A DNA stretch of 64,000 bases from Phaeosaccion multiseriatum (GCA_965112735.1 OZ218954.1:124001-188000), one strand, 5' to 3'. Positions 50,111-62,183 are shown, counted from the first letter of the stretch. Notes: a model not told the origin generated them from the letters alone. Program-made: numbers and translations.

Positions 50111-51580
50111 GAACTAGTCAAAGCGAGCATCGAAGCGCGGGCTTCATGCGGTGTTGGACGGGCTTTCATGTTCGGCCTGGGACGGCAAAAGCCGTGGAGC
50201 CAGTCTGCTGGCGGTTTGGTGAGCAACAACACTCCCGAGGCGAAAGAATCAAGAAAAAGCTTGGCTCAGAAGGGACCGGGCATCAATAGGATGACGATGT
50301 ACCTCGCTGGTCAGAGCTGAGCTCTCCATGATCGGAGATTGGGGTGGAAGATCCACCGATGCCGCCCCGTGGGGGGAGCGAGGAACCCTCCCAGAGAAGC
50401 AGCCCTGGCCCTGTCCGGCGTCCAAGCAAATACGACTATTCAGGCCACAGTATGGCCAGGCCGGGCCGCAAAGGCCCCAAGCTCCACACCAAGGAGAGGA
50501 GCAGGCAGGGGGCCTCCGAAGAGTCCTAGTGATTGAAGAAAGAGGGGAACCTTTTGAGTTGTGCGGTGCACATCCCGCGGATACGCAAAATCCCCCCCGA
50601 AGACGCTCGCTCGCTCGCTATACTATAGGTGGCAACGCGGAGCACCAACCAGAGTGTGTGTGGGCGCGACATTGTGCGGCCACGGTTCGAGTCAGAGAAG
50701 AGGGGAGCGAAGAAGGGTGGTACCTTCCCAGCCACAGGAGCGGCCCGGATGGCCACACACACACACACACACATTAGCATTGGCGCACCGTGACGGCGCC
50801 ACGTGCTCCTGCGAGAGACCACCTCGTCCCTTGCAGTAGGATGGAGTAGACCGCCTCGTCCCTTGCTCTAGGATGGAGTAGACGCTCGTGAGATAGGGCA
50901 GGCTGCTGAGACAGGATCAGCGAGAGGTGGCTGGGGGACCGGGGTCTGTATCAGCAACCAGGGAGGGACCCGGGGGGGACGACCAGGACCCGGGAGGGGC
51001 GGCACGCTGAGTCCCAGGGTGCGATGCACCTACGCCTCCCCCTGCGGCTCTGAAGGGCCTTAACATAAACAGTACCTCCCGAGCTGACGGTGGTGAGGTG
51101 AGCATTCAGTGCCATCTTCGCTTTGCCGTGACAATGCTCACGAGCGGCACATACTCGGAAGGAAGGGGCCCCAGGGGTGCGATGGGATGGGACAAGCACA
51201 GAGTGTCCACCCACCGGCTTGACAATATGCTTGACACTTGACCCACCTGCTTGACAATATGCTTGACACTTGGGGGCTTTTTGACACACAGTCGCTCAGA
51301 AATGGAGGCGAGTAGTAGCAGGCACGCACGGACTCGCTCGGAAGGCGGCAGCGTGCGGGCGACGTGAGAGCTGAGTAGTCGTGTGCTCTGTTCTGTGTAT
51401 GGTGTACCCGAGTGGGGCACATGATGGTGTGGCGCATGTCCAGGCGAGTCACGCTCTGAGGTAGAGAGTCACGCCGTATTTTCCTGCTGTGTGTTGCTCA
51501 ACTTAGCGGCGTTTTTTTTTTCCTCCATCCCCTCTACTAGCAATGTCGATCCCCTCTACTCGCAATGTCGATCCCCTCTA

Positions 51581-54500
51581 CTACTCGCAATGTCGCATGC
51601 GAAAGGTGTCGAATACATAGGGCACAAGGTCGTTGGTGGGGTCGAACAGATCGAAAAGCCGTCGGTTGGAGTAGTACTCCCCGCCCCCGGATGCCTCCCC
51701 CTCGGGGGCGTCGTCTTCCCCGCGTGAGTCCCGCTCGCCGCCCCCCGGGGTCTTGGCTTGGGCTCGCCGCTTCTCGTGTATCACCACCTGGTCCTCCTGT
51801 GTCGCCAACTCCTCCTTCCTCCTCTTGTCCTCCTGAAAGAGGTTTCTAAAGGGCATGATGTCTTCACTGTTATGTCCGTAGCACGCCCCTTCCTCGTCCT
51901 CCCAGCTCCAATCAAAGCTGCTGTTCCGCCCATCCACTGCCATTTCTCCTCCTCCTCCTATCCCCTTGCCCTTGCTAGCCCCATCCTCCAGCCTATGCAT
52001 ATGCCAAATCCGATCAAAGAAGGGATGCAACGGCCAGAACACAATGTCCCCGGCTGAAGTTCCTGTGCCCATGTTTCCGAAACGCCCCGGATGGCACCCG
52101 AAGTCCGCGATTTTATACCACAGGCTCACGCTGTCGGCAATGGCCTGTCTACTGGAACCCAAACTTCTCGCACCCGCATCGTCCTCCTCCTCCTCCTCCT
52201 CCTCCTCCTCCTCCTCCTCCTCCTCCTCCTCTGTATCACCAACCAGTGCAGCAAAGACCACTCCACCGAAGTAGTGCTCCCCCTCCACCGTCACCCTCCC
52301 CGGCAGAGTGAGGTGACTGAGATCGTCCAGCAGCCCGGACTGGCTCATCATCTCTCGTAAGTCAGCGAAGGTCATGTTGGTTGGGTCTTGTGGGCACGAC
52401 CCTCTGCACTCGCTGAAGGGCGTTACACCCGCCGTGCACACCGGATCAACATCATCCGTTGGTGATGGAGCATCCTCAGCAGTTGGTGATACAGCAGCAT
52501 CTGTAGCACTCGCGTCAGCCCCTCCTGGGCCTCCTCCTGGTCCTCCTCCTGGTCCATCTCCTGGTCCTCCTCCTGGGCCTCCTCCTGGGCCTCCTTCTGG
52601 TCCTCCTTCTGGTCCTCCTCCTCGTCCATCTCCCTCTCCCCTACCCCGCCCCTCCTCTTCCTCTGTATTACCAACCCCCGCAGATGGCATGACGAGGTAA
52701 CCGCTGCTCCACAGCTTGTTGTGTATCTTCAGCGCCGAGATTCCCAAGTCATGCAGTAGGCCCTCCACATTGGGCCCCAGGTCAGCAACCCACTCACTCC
52801 AATCCTGAACACAGTCCCACATGCCTTACGGACAGAGGGAGGGAGGGAGAGCAAAGAGTGCAATGGTTCATCACAATTTGAGTTTGAGGGGGGGGGGTGT
52901 CTTGAGTCGCAAGGTGGGCAGCGCAAGTCTTCCTTCCTTCCTTCCTTCCCTGTGCGTGACTCATCTCCCTCCCTCCCAATGCGCTTGCTCACTCACTCCC
53001 TCCCCCCCTCCCTCACTCCCTCAGTCCCTCAGTCCCTCAGTCCCTCATAGATGGCACGCACTCACAGATGGCACGCACTCACCTCCCATACCCATATGCA
53101 ACGCTGCATGTAAATCACTCTCGGCGCAGCTGCGTAAGTCACCAAAGTTGGCAATCTCCGCCGTGTCTAGGCAATGCATCACTTCGGCGCACCCCGGCAA
53201 AGGCTCGGTGTTCTCCACGCCGCAGAAGGTGTTCGAACGCGAGACAATGCTGCAGTCGTTGTTGTTGACATCGTTAGCCACGTAACCGTAACTGTTGCGT
53301 ACTGGACTCGTGGCCTCAGGAGGGGGGGTGTCAGGACCCTCGGTCTCGGTGGGGGAAGTGGCAGTGGAAGTCGAAGAAGATGCAAAAGTGTCAGGATTGG
53401 CCTGTCCTTCCCCTTGTTCTTCTGACGACGTCCTCCTTAGCGGCACGGGGATGCCGTCAGGCAGCCAAGTGGTCCTGACACCCTTGTCCGGGTCCATCGG
53501 GTCCCCACCAGCCAGTCCGAACCAAGACTCTTGGAAAATTGGGCTCTTGGACCCCCAATCAGGCCCATATGCCTCCGCGTCGATGGTGTAATCCCAGTAC
53601 GGGATGGCAGTGGATGGCGAGATGGCCTGGAGGGCGTTGTCGAGTTGGAGTGTGAAGGCAGCGTGGGAGGTGAAGAAGGAGTTTCCATTGTGGAAGGGGG
53701 AGCACGACTCGGAGCCAATGTGCTTCACCTGTTTATGGGAGACAAGGGGAGGGGAGGGGGGATGGGGAGGGCTCTCAGCTTCGAACAAAGGGGATGGTGG
53801 GGGATGGCAGTGAATGGCAGTCGACGGCAATGGATGGTAGTAGATGATGCAGCAGACACAAAGGCAATAACCCCTATCGAGTTCCCCAAGGAATGAATGC
53901 CCTACGTAACGATTACGTACCATCATGTACTGCAGGTTGACAAAGTTGGGTCCGTAGAGCTCCCGTCCCTCCTGGAGGCCCAAACTCGCAACCTTGCCCA
54001 AGGCCTGGAAGAACGTCTCCCTGTCCTCCGCGCGCAAACTGCGAATTTCTCTCCGCACGTACTTGGTGATGACCGTGTACGTCTCGGTGAAGAAGAGCTG
54101 TTGTCCCTGTATCACCAACTGCACATCCTCCTCCTCCTCAAGTCGGAAACTCTCCTCTGCCCCATTCTCCCCCTCTCCCTTGGCCCCATTGCCGGTCTTG
54201 GCGCTGGATGGCAGTGGATGGGCATGATGGGGAGAGAGTGAGAGAGAGAGTGGTGATGGTGATGCATACACCCGTAGTGTAACGGTGTAAAACCTCGGCA
54301 CCTCGGTGAAGGTCAGCCCCACAGATGGCCCGTAGGCCTCCTGTACCACCACCTTGTCCACCTTCTTGTCGTTGCTGTTGATGCCGCTCGTCTTGGTCGC
54401 TTGGCTCTTCTTCTCATCCCCCACCTCCTCCTGCTCCTCCTCCCTCTCGTCTTCTTGCTCCTCCTCCCCTCCCCCCCGTCCGCCGTGAATTTGAGTTTCC

Positions 54501-55864
54501 ATTCCTGCCGTTTCTATGAGTGCCACCTCCCAGTGGAAAGTCGCCCCCCCGGGGGGATTCCCACCACCAAAGGAGTTTGAGTTTGAGGTGGAGTTTTCGT
54601 GTACGGACCCACCCTGCTGCTCATGCCGGAGCCGCTGGAGGAGGGCGGGGGGTGCCTTAAACTCCGAAATTACGTAAGGCTCTACGATGTAGTCCCATGG
54701 GTAGTCATCGATGCTCTCCAGGGGGGGGTAGTATTTGGTGTTAACCTGTTGTTGTTGCAGTAAGTCAAATTAAGTGAGTGAGTGAGTGAGTGAGTGAGTG
54801 AGTGAGTGAGTGAGGGAGTGAGGGAGTGAGTGAGTGAGTGAGAGAGACAGTGAACGAGTGCATGCGTGAGTGAGGGGTATTGCCAATGTGAAGAAAAGCA
54901 CACGCGCCCATGGAAGCCCCCTACCCTCCGCAACAACATTCCTATCTCCCAGTCTCTCTCCACCCAACTCCCCTGCTCTCTTTACCTGAAGGCGCCAGCT
55001 ATTCCCGTCTATGGTTCTGCTGCTGTGGTCGCTCTCTCTGCCACTTGTACCGCTTTCTGCTTCTCCTTCTCCTGCTTTCAGGATGGGTCTCCCGTTCTTA
55101 GCTGCCACCGCGGGTGCTGCTGGCCCCTCTTGCCGCTTCCGGCCCTCCTCCTCCTCCTCCTCCTCCTCCTCCTCCTCCTCCTGCACCCCCTCCTTTCCTC
55201 CGTCCTTACCTTTCTTCGGCAGCCTGTTCTCTTGAATAAAGTCGAAAAAAGTGGAACTAACGCTCTTCCCTCCCCCTTGTCGCTCCCTGTGTTTTCGTGC
55301 TGCCGCTGCTGCTGTGGCGAGGCTCATCGGCCCCGGCCCCCCTCGCCGACTCAGCTCAAGGACCCATCCACTGCCTTCCCTTTGCTCGGTACCTTCCCCA
55401 GACCCTCCACTGCTGTTCCCTCCCCCTCCTTCACTCCTCATCCTTGACACACCGCTGCCGCTGCCCATCGTCAGCGGGAGCTGTGATGTAATTGGTGAGG
55501 AGACTGCGAATGACGGTGACGACGCCCCACCACCACCACCACCACCACCACCACCACCACCACCACCACCACCACCACCGCTTCGTGATTCACCAGCCGT
55601 GTAATAGGCCATGGGAAGCTCTCTGCCTCGGTAGGCCACAAGCCCCATCGCCGCGATGACCATGCCCAGCATCGACGTCCCAGCCAAGCGATGAAGGGAG
55701 CGCCACCCAGTCGTGGTAGTACGCTGCATCTGGTCTCCTCCTCCCTCGCGTCTTGATGTTGCTCGCCGCCTCTTCTTGCCCTCCTCTATTGCCTCCTCCT
55801 CCGGTTTCCACGTTCGCTCGTGGCCTTGTGCATTCCTCGTCTTTACGTACAGAGGCATCGCCAT
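51581..55864 (-). CDS. Tyrosinase/di-copper-centre domain protein with N-terminal signal anchor, 4 exons
   Basis: KYVRREIRSL; CuA His residues in VKH...PFHNG...TSHAAF; AIPYWDYTID; CuB LHAALH...FWPLHPFFDRIWH. Approximate exons 55864-54986, 54744-53921, 53728-53083, 52824-51581. Hydrophobic anchor GMVIAAMGLVAY. Confidence 0.9.
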
Positions 55865-56888
55865 ATCTCTCCTTCTCCTCCTCTTTGTCTCTCTCCAATG
55901 CACACCGTGAGCCCGCTGCTTCTCCTGCAAGGACCACAATCAAAGGCCAACCCTCTCTCCACCTGTGTCGCTCCTTCCCCTCCTCTTCTCTTGACAGCTC
56001 TTTCTCTGAGCCTGCTCCCACGGCCTCCCGTGGAGCTCTCCCTCTCTGTCGCGATCAGCGATCTTGGGCGCCGTTACGAGGCCTAAACAGCTCAAATTTA
56101 AATTTGCACACGATTCGCTCCTAATTTGCCTGATGTATACGCTTGTGCAGCATGCGTAGCAAGTCCATTAAGGTGCTTAGAGCGCTCTCCAGGAGGGCAT
56201 CCGAGCAGAGGAGCTTCGGCCTCGGACGCGATGGGGCTGTTGGCAGCACACACAGGTGAAGATGAAGACTTGCCTTCCCACGCTGTCTTCATTTCTTCTT
56301 TTGCGCTGCCAATTGTCTGCCCTTCAGCTCTCTTCTGCAATGCCCTTTCTGCTGCTGCGTCTCTTCTCGCGCTGCTGCTGGGCCTGGTGCTCTAGATGGT
56401 GGTAGTGCTTCTGGTGTGATGGGAGTTTAGAGTTTGCCGTCACGGTTAGGACAGTGCAATTCTCTCCTCTCGCCAGCCTCTCTATGCATCCAAATCGCCT
56501 CTCTGGATACTCTCTCTCTCAGTCCCTCTCTCCCTGCCTCCTCTCCCGCACTTTCCTCCTCGCCTCCCCTCTCTCCTCTCCTCTTCTCTTCTTCTCTCTT
56601 CTCCTCTCCTCCCTCCTCCCTCTCTTCTTCCTCCTCTCCTCTCCTGTTCTCTTCTTCTCTCTTCTCCTCTCCTCCTCTCCTCTCTCCTCTTCTCCTCTCC
56701 TGCCTCCTCTCTCCTTCTTCTCTTCTTCCTCCTCGCCTCCTCTCTCCTCTCCTTTCCTCTTCTCATCTTCTCTCTTCTCCTCTCCTCCCTCCTCTCTTCT
56801 TCCTCCTCTCCTCCCTTCCTCGGATCTCCTCCTCCCGCCCCACCCCTCCCACTCCCTCTTCCTGCGGCGAATATATCACCAACTGCTG

Positions 56889-57768
56889 ATGGTCGTCAGG
56901 CGCCTCTACCACGGGCAGGGAGCTTCTTCAATAGGGTCAGTGCTCCACAGAACGTCCAAGACGAGTCCATCGGCTACCATCCATGCCACCATTGGCCTTG
57001 TTGTGGCCTTAGGAGTAGGAGCACTGGTGACGAACGTCAAAGAGGAGGAGCAGGATGGGGGCAAGCTCGGGGAGGTCATCAGACGTGGCAGGTGAGTGAG
57101 TAGGTGAGTGAGTAGGTGAGTGAGTAGGTGAGTGAGTAGGTGAGTGAGTAGGTGAGTGAGTAGGTGAGTGAGTAGGTGAGTGAGTAGGTGAGTGAGTAGG
57201 TGAGTGAGTAGGTGAGTGAGTAGGTGAGTGAGTGAGTGAGTAGGTGAGTGAGTAGGTGAGTGAGTAGGTGAGTGAGTAGGTGAGTGAGTAGGTGAGTGAG
57301 TAGGTGAGTGAGGAGGTGAGTGAGAGTAGGTGAGTGAGTAGGTGAGCGAGTAGGTGAGTGAGTAGGTGAGTGAGTAGGTGAGTGAGTAGGTGAGTGAGTA
57401 GGTGAGTGAGTGAGTGAGTGAGTAGGTGAGTGAGTAGGTGAGTGAGTAGGTGAGTGAGTAGGTGAGTGAGTGAGTGAGTGAGTGAGTGAGTGAGTGAGTA
57501 GGTGAGTGAGTAGGTGAGTGAGTAGGTGAGTGAGTAGGTGAGTGAGTAGGTGAGTGAGTAGGTGAGTGAGTAGGTGAGTGAGTAGGTGAGTGAGTAGGTG
57601 AGTGAGTAGGTGAGTGAGTAGGTGAGTGAGTAGATGAGTGAGTGAGTGAGTGAGTAGGTGAGTGAGTAGGTGAGGTGCGTGGGGTGGGGGCAGTGCTACA
57701 GTCAGCAAGTCATTGAGCAGCCAAGATCCATCCACTGCCATCTCCCCTGCCCATCCACTGCCACCAGC

Positions 57769-57826
<58 letters not shown>

Positions 57827-58542
57827 CGACCACCCTCCCAACCTCCCCCCCCTCCCCACCAACCCCTCCTCAGTGCGCCGTATCACCAACTTCTCAAGCC
57901 GAATAACCCTCTCCGGCGGCGTTCCCTGCCCCAGTGTGCCAAGAAGTCGGCTCCCGAGCCATTCAGCCCCGGGCAGGTGACAGCATATGTGTGTGTGTAT
58001 GTACGCGTGCGTGTGCGTGTACGTGTGTGTGTGTGTGCGTGTGTGTGTGCGTGTGTGTATTTGTGCGTGTGTGTGTGTACCTGCGTGTTGTAAGTGATTG
58101 TATTATACAGCGAATGTTCTCGGTAGTTCGATGGTTTGCTATTGACCATGATGGTGTGTGAGTGTGTGTTATGTGCGTGCGTGCGTGACTCTATAATGCC
58201 CTCTCCCTCTCTCTGCGTCTCTCTCTCTCTCCCTGGGGGTGTGTGTATGTCTGTCTGTGGACGTGACTATTCGTCCCTAACTGAATGAGACTGTATGTAA
58301 CTGAATGTATCTGTATGTAACTGTATGTAACTGTATGTAACTGTAGGCCATCGGAGAGGGACTCAAGGCGGAGCTGTGGAAGGCCCGCCACAAGAACGTG
58401 ACCATATTGGAGATGGACGAGGGCCCCCTTGTGGTGAGTAAGTGCCCTCTCTTGGGCTGTTACAGGTCACCAGTCACCGGTCCATGTCCATCCATTGCCA
58501 TCCATCCTGCGTTGCTCCCGATCTTGCTTGCGGTAGCTGCGC

Positions 58543-58613
<71 letters not shown>

Positions 58614-61424
58614 CAGTTATCTGTCTAGCTGTCTATCTGACTGTCTGTCTTTCTGTCTGTCTGTCTGTCTGTCTGTCCTTTGCTTCGCTGTTCCAACTGA
58701 AACCTCCAACAATTGAACCCCGCTTCCCTTCCCTTCCTCCCCCTTTCACTGACTTACTTCCATCCCGTCAGACGCTGCTGTCTAGCGTGCGCAACATGGA
58801 AACTGCGGGAGAGCCCTTTCTCAAGTTCGCGGATCGGCTCATGGTGCAGCTGCTTGAGGCTGCCAATCTGGCACTGCCCCTGGACGAGGTTAGTAAGTCA
58901 GTGAGGCAGGGAGTGAGTGAGAGAGAGTGTGTGTGGAGAGAGAGAAAGAATAGGGGAAAATATGGATACACAGAGAGAGAGAGAGAGCTTTTTGATTCGT
59001 TACCTCCGTACTCCCATCCACTGCCATCCCCTCCCTCCCCCCTCTCCCATCCACTCCTATCCCCTCTCTCCCTCCCTCCCTCCCTCCCTCCCTCCCTCCC
59101 TCCCTCCTCTCCCATCCACTGCCATCCACTGCCATCCCCCTCCCTCAGGACGCTGTGTTCGAGGTGCACTCGGGCGAGCACATGGAGGGAGTGCTCATGG
59201 TACGTAATACTCACGTAAGGCTCACGAAAGGCTGCATACGTACGTACGTGGGTGGGTGGGTGGGTGGGTGCGGGCTGTCGTAAGTCGCCCCTGCTGCGGC
59301 CTGTAGATGCGGCTCCCCCTTCCATCCACTGCCATCCCCTGTCTCTTGTCTGTCTGTCCGTCTCTCTCTCGGTCTTCCCCTCTCCATCTCTCTCTCTCTC
59401 CCTGCCCCCCCCCCCTCTCTCCTCCGTCCCTCTCTCTAATGGCCCTCTCCCTTTTTCTCTCTGCCTCTCTCTACCCCCTCACTTGCCCCCCCCCCCCCCG
59501 CTCCCCATCCACTGCCATCCCCCCCAACTAACCAACAGGAGGAAGATGCAGAGATGGCGGTGGTGTCTGTGGTGGACGCTGGGCACCCGGACGCCTTTCA
59601 CACGGCCCTCGGAGTGGTCTTTCCCGACTGCACGAAAGGTAGGGAAGGGGTTAGAGAGGGGGGAAGGGGCTAAACTGAGCTGACTTGGGATACTCAAATG
59701 AGCTGACTTGGGGTACTACTCGGGTTGGGCATTGATTGGGGGCAGAGAGAGAATGAGAGACAGACAGAGGTACATGGGCATGTGTGCTCAAGTGAGTTGA
59801 CTTGGGGTACTCGGGTTGGGTACTGGATTTGATCTTGGGCTGGGTACCTCATATCCCATGGCTGTGTGTGTATCACCAACATATGCGTGTGTGTACGCGT
59901 GAGATGTGCATGTGTCTGAGTCGGCGTGTGCGCGCGAGCGTGTGTGTTTATCTCTCTCTGTGTGTCTGTGTGCACTCTGATGGCTCCCTCCTCCTCACCC
60001 CTCCCCTCCTCCCTCCCCCTCCTCCAGGCACTATCACAATCCGGAACCATTCTGAGGTCCAACGGTCCGACCTCGCCGCTGTGCAGCACCAACACGCCAA
60101 CGCAGAGGGCGGCTCGCCAACTGTGATCCTGGTGGCCCCTGTGCTCACCACTGCCGCCCCTGTAGAGGCGGCTCTGGAGCAGCTTGAAGATATCGGCATT
60201 GACCCTGAGGATGTGGTGCTACTCAGCGTCGTCATGAGTCTCAAGGTACGTAAGGATTACGTAAGGATTACGTAAGGATTATGTGGGGTGTGAGGCAGAG
60301 CTTACAGTTTCAGTTCTCAGTTCTCGGTTCCTTCCATCCATCCACTGACGTCCCCCAACCGATCTACTGCCATCCATTGCCATCCCCAACCAACCCCATC
60401 CGCTGTCACCCCCCATCCACTGCCATCCCCCCCCCCCCTCGCAGGCCTGCAACACACTGTCCGCCGCGTATTCTGACATGAGCATCATCGTGGGGGGAGT
60501 GGACCCTGCCGTGGACGATGAAGGCATCCTCATCCCAGGTGGGTACTTGAAACCGTTGAAACCGTTGAAACCGTCTTCCTTCCCACACACATGCCTCTCG
60601 TTTTGTGTCTCGGCATTGGATTGGTCTCTATGCCCCTGCTACAACAGCATTTGCTGCTGCTCATCAAAGTGGAGCTCCATATGCCTCTATCATGCCCGCA
60701 TACACACAGCCCTGTCACTCCCTCCTCCTGCTCCTGCTCCTCCTCCTCCTCCTCCTCCTCCTCCTCCTCCTCCTCCTCCTCCTCCTCCTCCTCCTCCTCC
60801 TCCTCCTCCTCCTCCTCCTCCTCCTCCTCCTCCTCCTCCTCCTCCTCCTCCTCCTCCTCCTCCTCCTCCTCCCCCTCCTCCTCCTCCTCCTCCTGCTGCT
60901 CCTCCTCACTCACTCCTCCTCCTCCTCCTCCTCCTCCTCCTCCTCCTCCTCCTCCTCCTCCTCCTCCTCTTCCTCCTCCTCCTCCTCCTCCTCCTCCTCC
61001 TCCTCCTCCTCCTCTTCCTCACTCCTCCTCCTCCTCCTCATCCTCCTCTTCCTCACTCCTCCTCCTCCTCCTCCTCCTCACCCCTCCTCCTCTTCCTCAC
61101 TCCTCCTCCTCCTCCTACTCCTACTCCTCACTCCTCCTCCTACAACAACTACTACAACAACTACTACTGCTACTGCTACTGCTACTAAAGCGATAACTCA
61201 CCCACCCACTCCTCATCCTCCTCTCCCCCCTCCTCCTCCCACCAGGAGTGGGAAACTTCAACGCCCGCTACCTCGACGGCCTGAAGGAGAGAGAGAAGCT
61301 ACTCGCCAAGGCCGCAAAGGCTGCAGCAAGCTCAAATTCGAACTCCTCGTCAAGCTCGAACTCAAACTCAACATACACGCACGGGAGGGGGCGCGCCAAA
61401 GACAAGCGGTTCTACTTCTTCTGA
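56889..61424 (+). CDS. Uracil phosphoribosyltransferase-fold protein with degenerate catalytic motifs and an N-terminal hydrophobic anchor, 9 exons
   Basis: LLSSVRNMET...FLKFADRLMVQLLE, VILVAPVLTTAAPV, GIDPEDVVLLSVV and VDDEGILIPG|VGNFNARY follow the UPRTase motif order. Exons join in frame. Confidence 0.8.
57090..57672 (+). repeat. (AGGTGAGTGAGT)n array starting at a 5' splice site
   Basis: 12-bp unit repeated about 45 times; the first unit contains the inferred donor at 57092. Confidence 0.95.
60720..61135. repeat. (CCT)n microsatellite, intronic
   Basis: Long cct tract in the last intron of the UPRT-like gene. Confidence 0.95.
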
Positions 61425-61648
61425 AACAAGTATAGAAGGAAAGAAGGAAGGAAGGAAGGAAGGAAGGAAGAGTGGCAGAGAAAGAAGGTACTGGCATTCC
61501 ACAGCCAAGACCGTCCTTTGGCGCTGGGCCTGGTGAGGGCGTGGTAAAGCTGCCCTCGCACGTGCCCTGGCCTGCATGCAATGTGTTCGGTTACACTTTC
61601 GGTTACACTTTAGAGGTCTGTTATAATACAGATGAGGTTTTCTGTCTG

Positions 61649-61688
<40 letters not shown>

Positions 61689-61695
61689 TCGGCCC

Positions 61696-62183
61696 CATGC
61701 ACGCCTAGCGGCCTAGGCCTATTCGGGAAAATTGCCCGGCCTAGCGAGGGCCGTAGGCCCTCGGCCTATTTATATGCCGCCGCCTAGGCGGCCTAGGCGG
61801 GCCGGAGGCCCGCGCGGCCTAGGGCAGACACCAGCCAACTTAGTGGGTGAATGGGAGTGCCCAGAGTGCAAAGAGTAGTCAGTTTTCATTGCATGGGATT
61901 GGAAGTGAGGAGTAGACTTGGTTCGTGTTGTCTCTTCCGCCTCGCTGGCCCTACGAGGAGTGCAGACCTACAGATGTGCTGCTACGCTGCTACCCACTGG
62001 CTGGGCGGCACCACGCACGCGCCCACGGTCACTGGGAGGCTGCCTAGAGGCGGGCTATATAGGCCGCCTAGGACTGAAAAGTGTGCGGCCTAGAGCGGCC
62101 GGAGGCCGCCGGCCTAGGCCTAGATTGGCCGAAGGCCCCCCGAGCGGCCTAGCGGCCTAGAGCAAAACCGCTAGGCGTGGATG
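61696..62183. mobile_element. Non-autonomous DNA transposon (MITE-like), 488 bp, 16-bp terminal inverted repeats
   Basis: Left end CATGCACGCCTAGCGG; right end CCGCTAGGCGTGGATG (15/16 reverse-complement match). Dense subterminal GGCCTAG/CCTAGG repeats at both ends. No clear target-site duplication. Confidence 0.7.
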
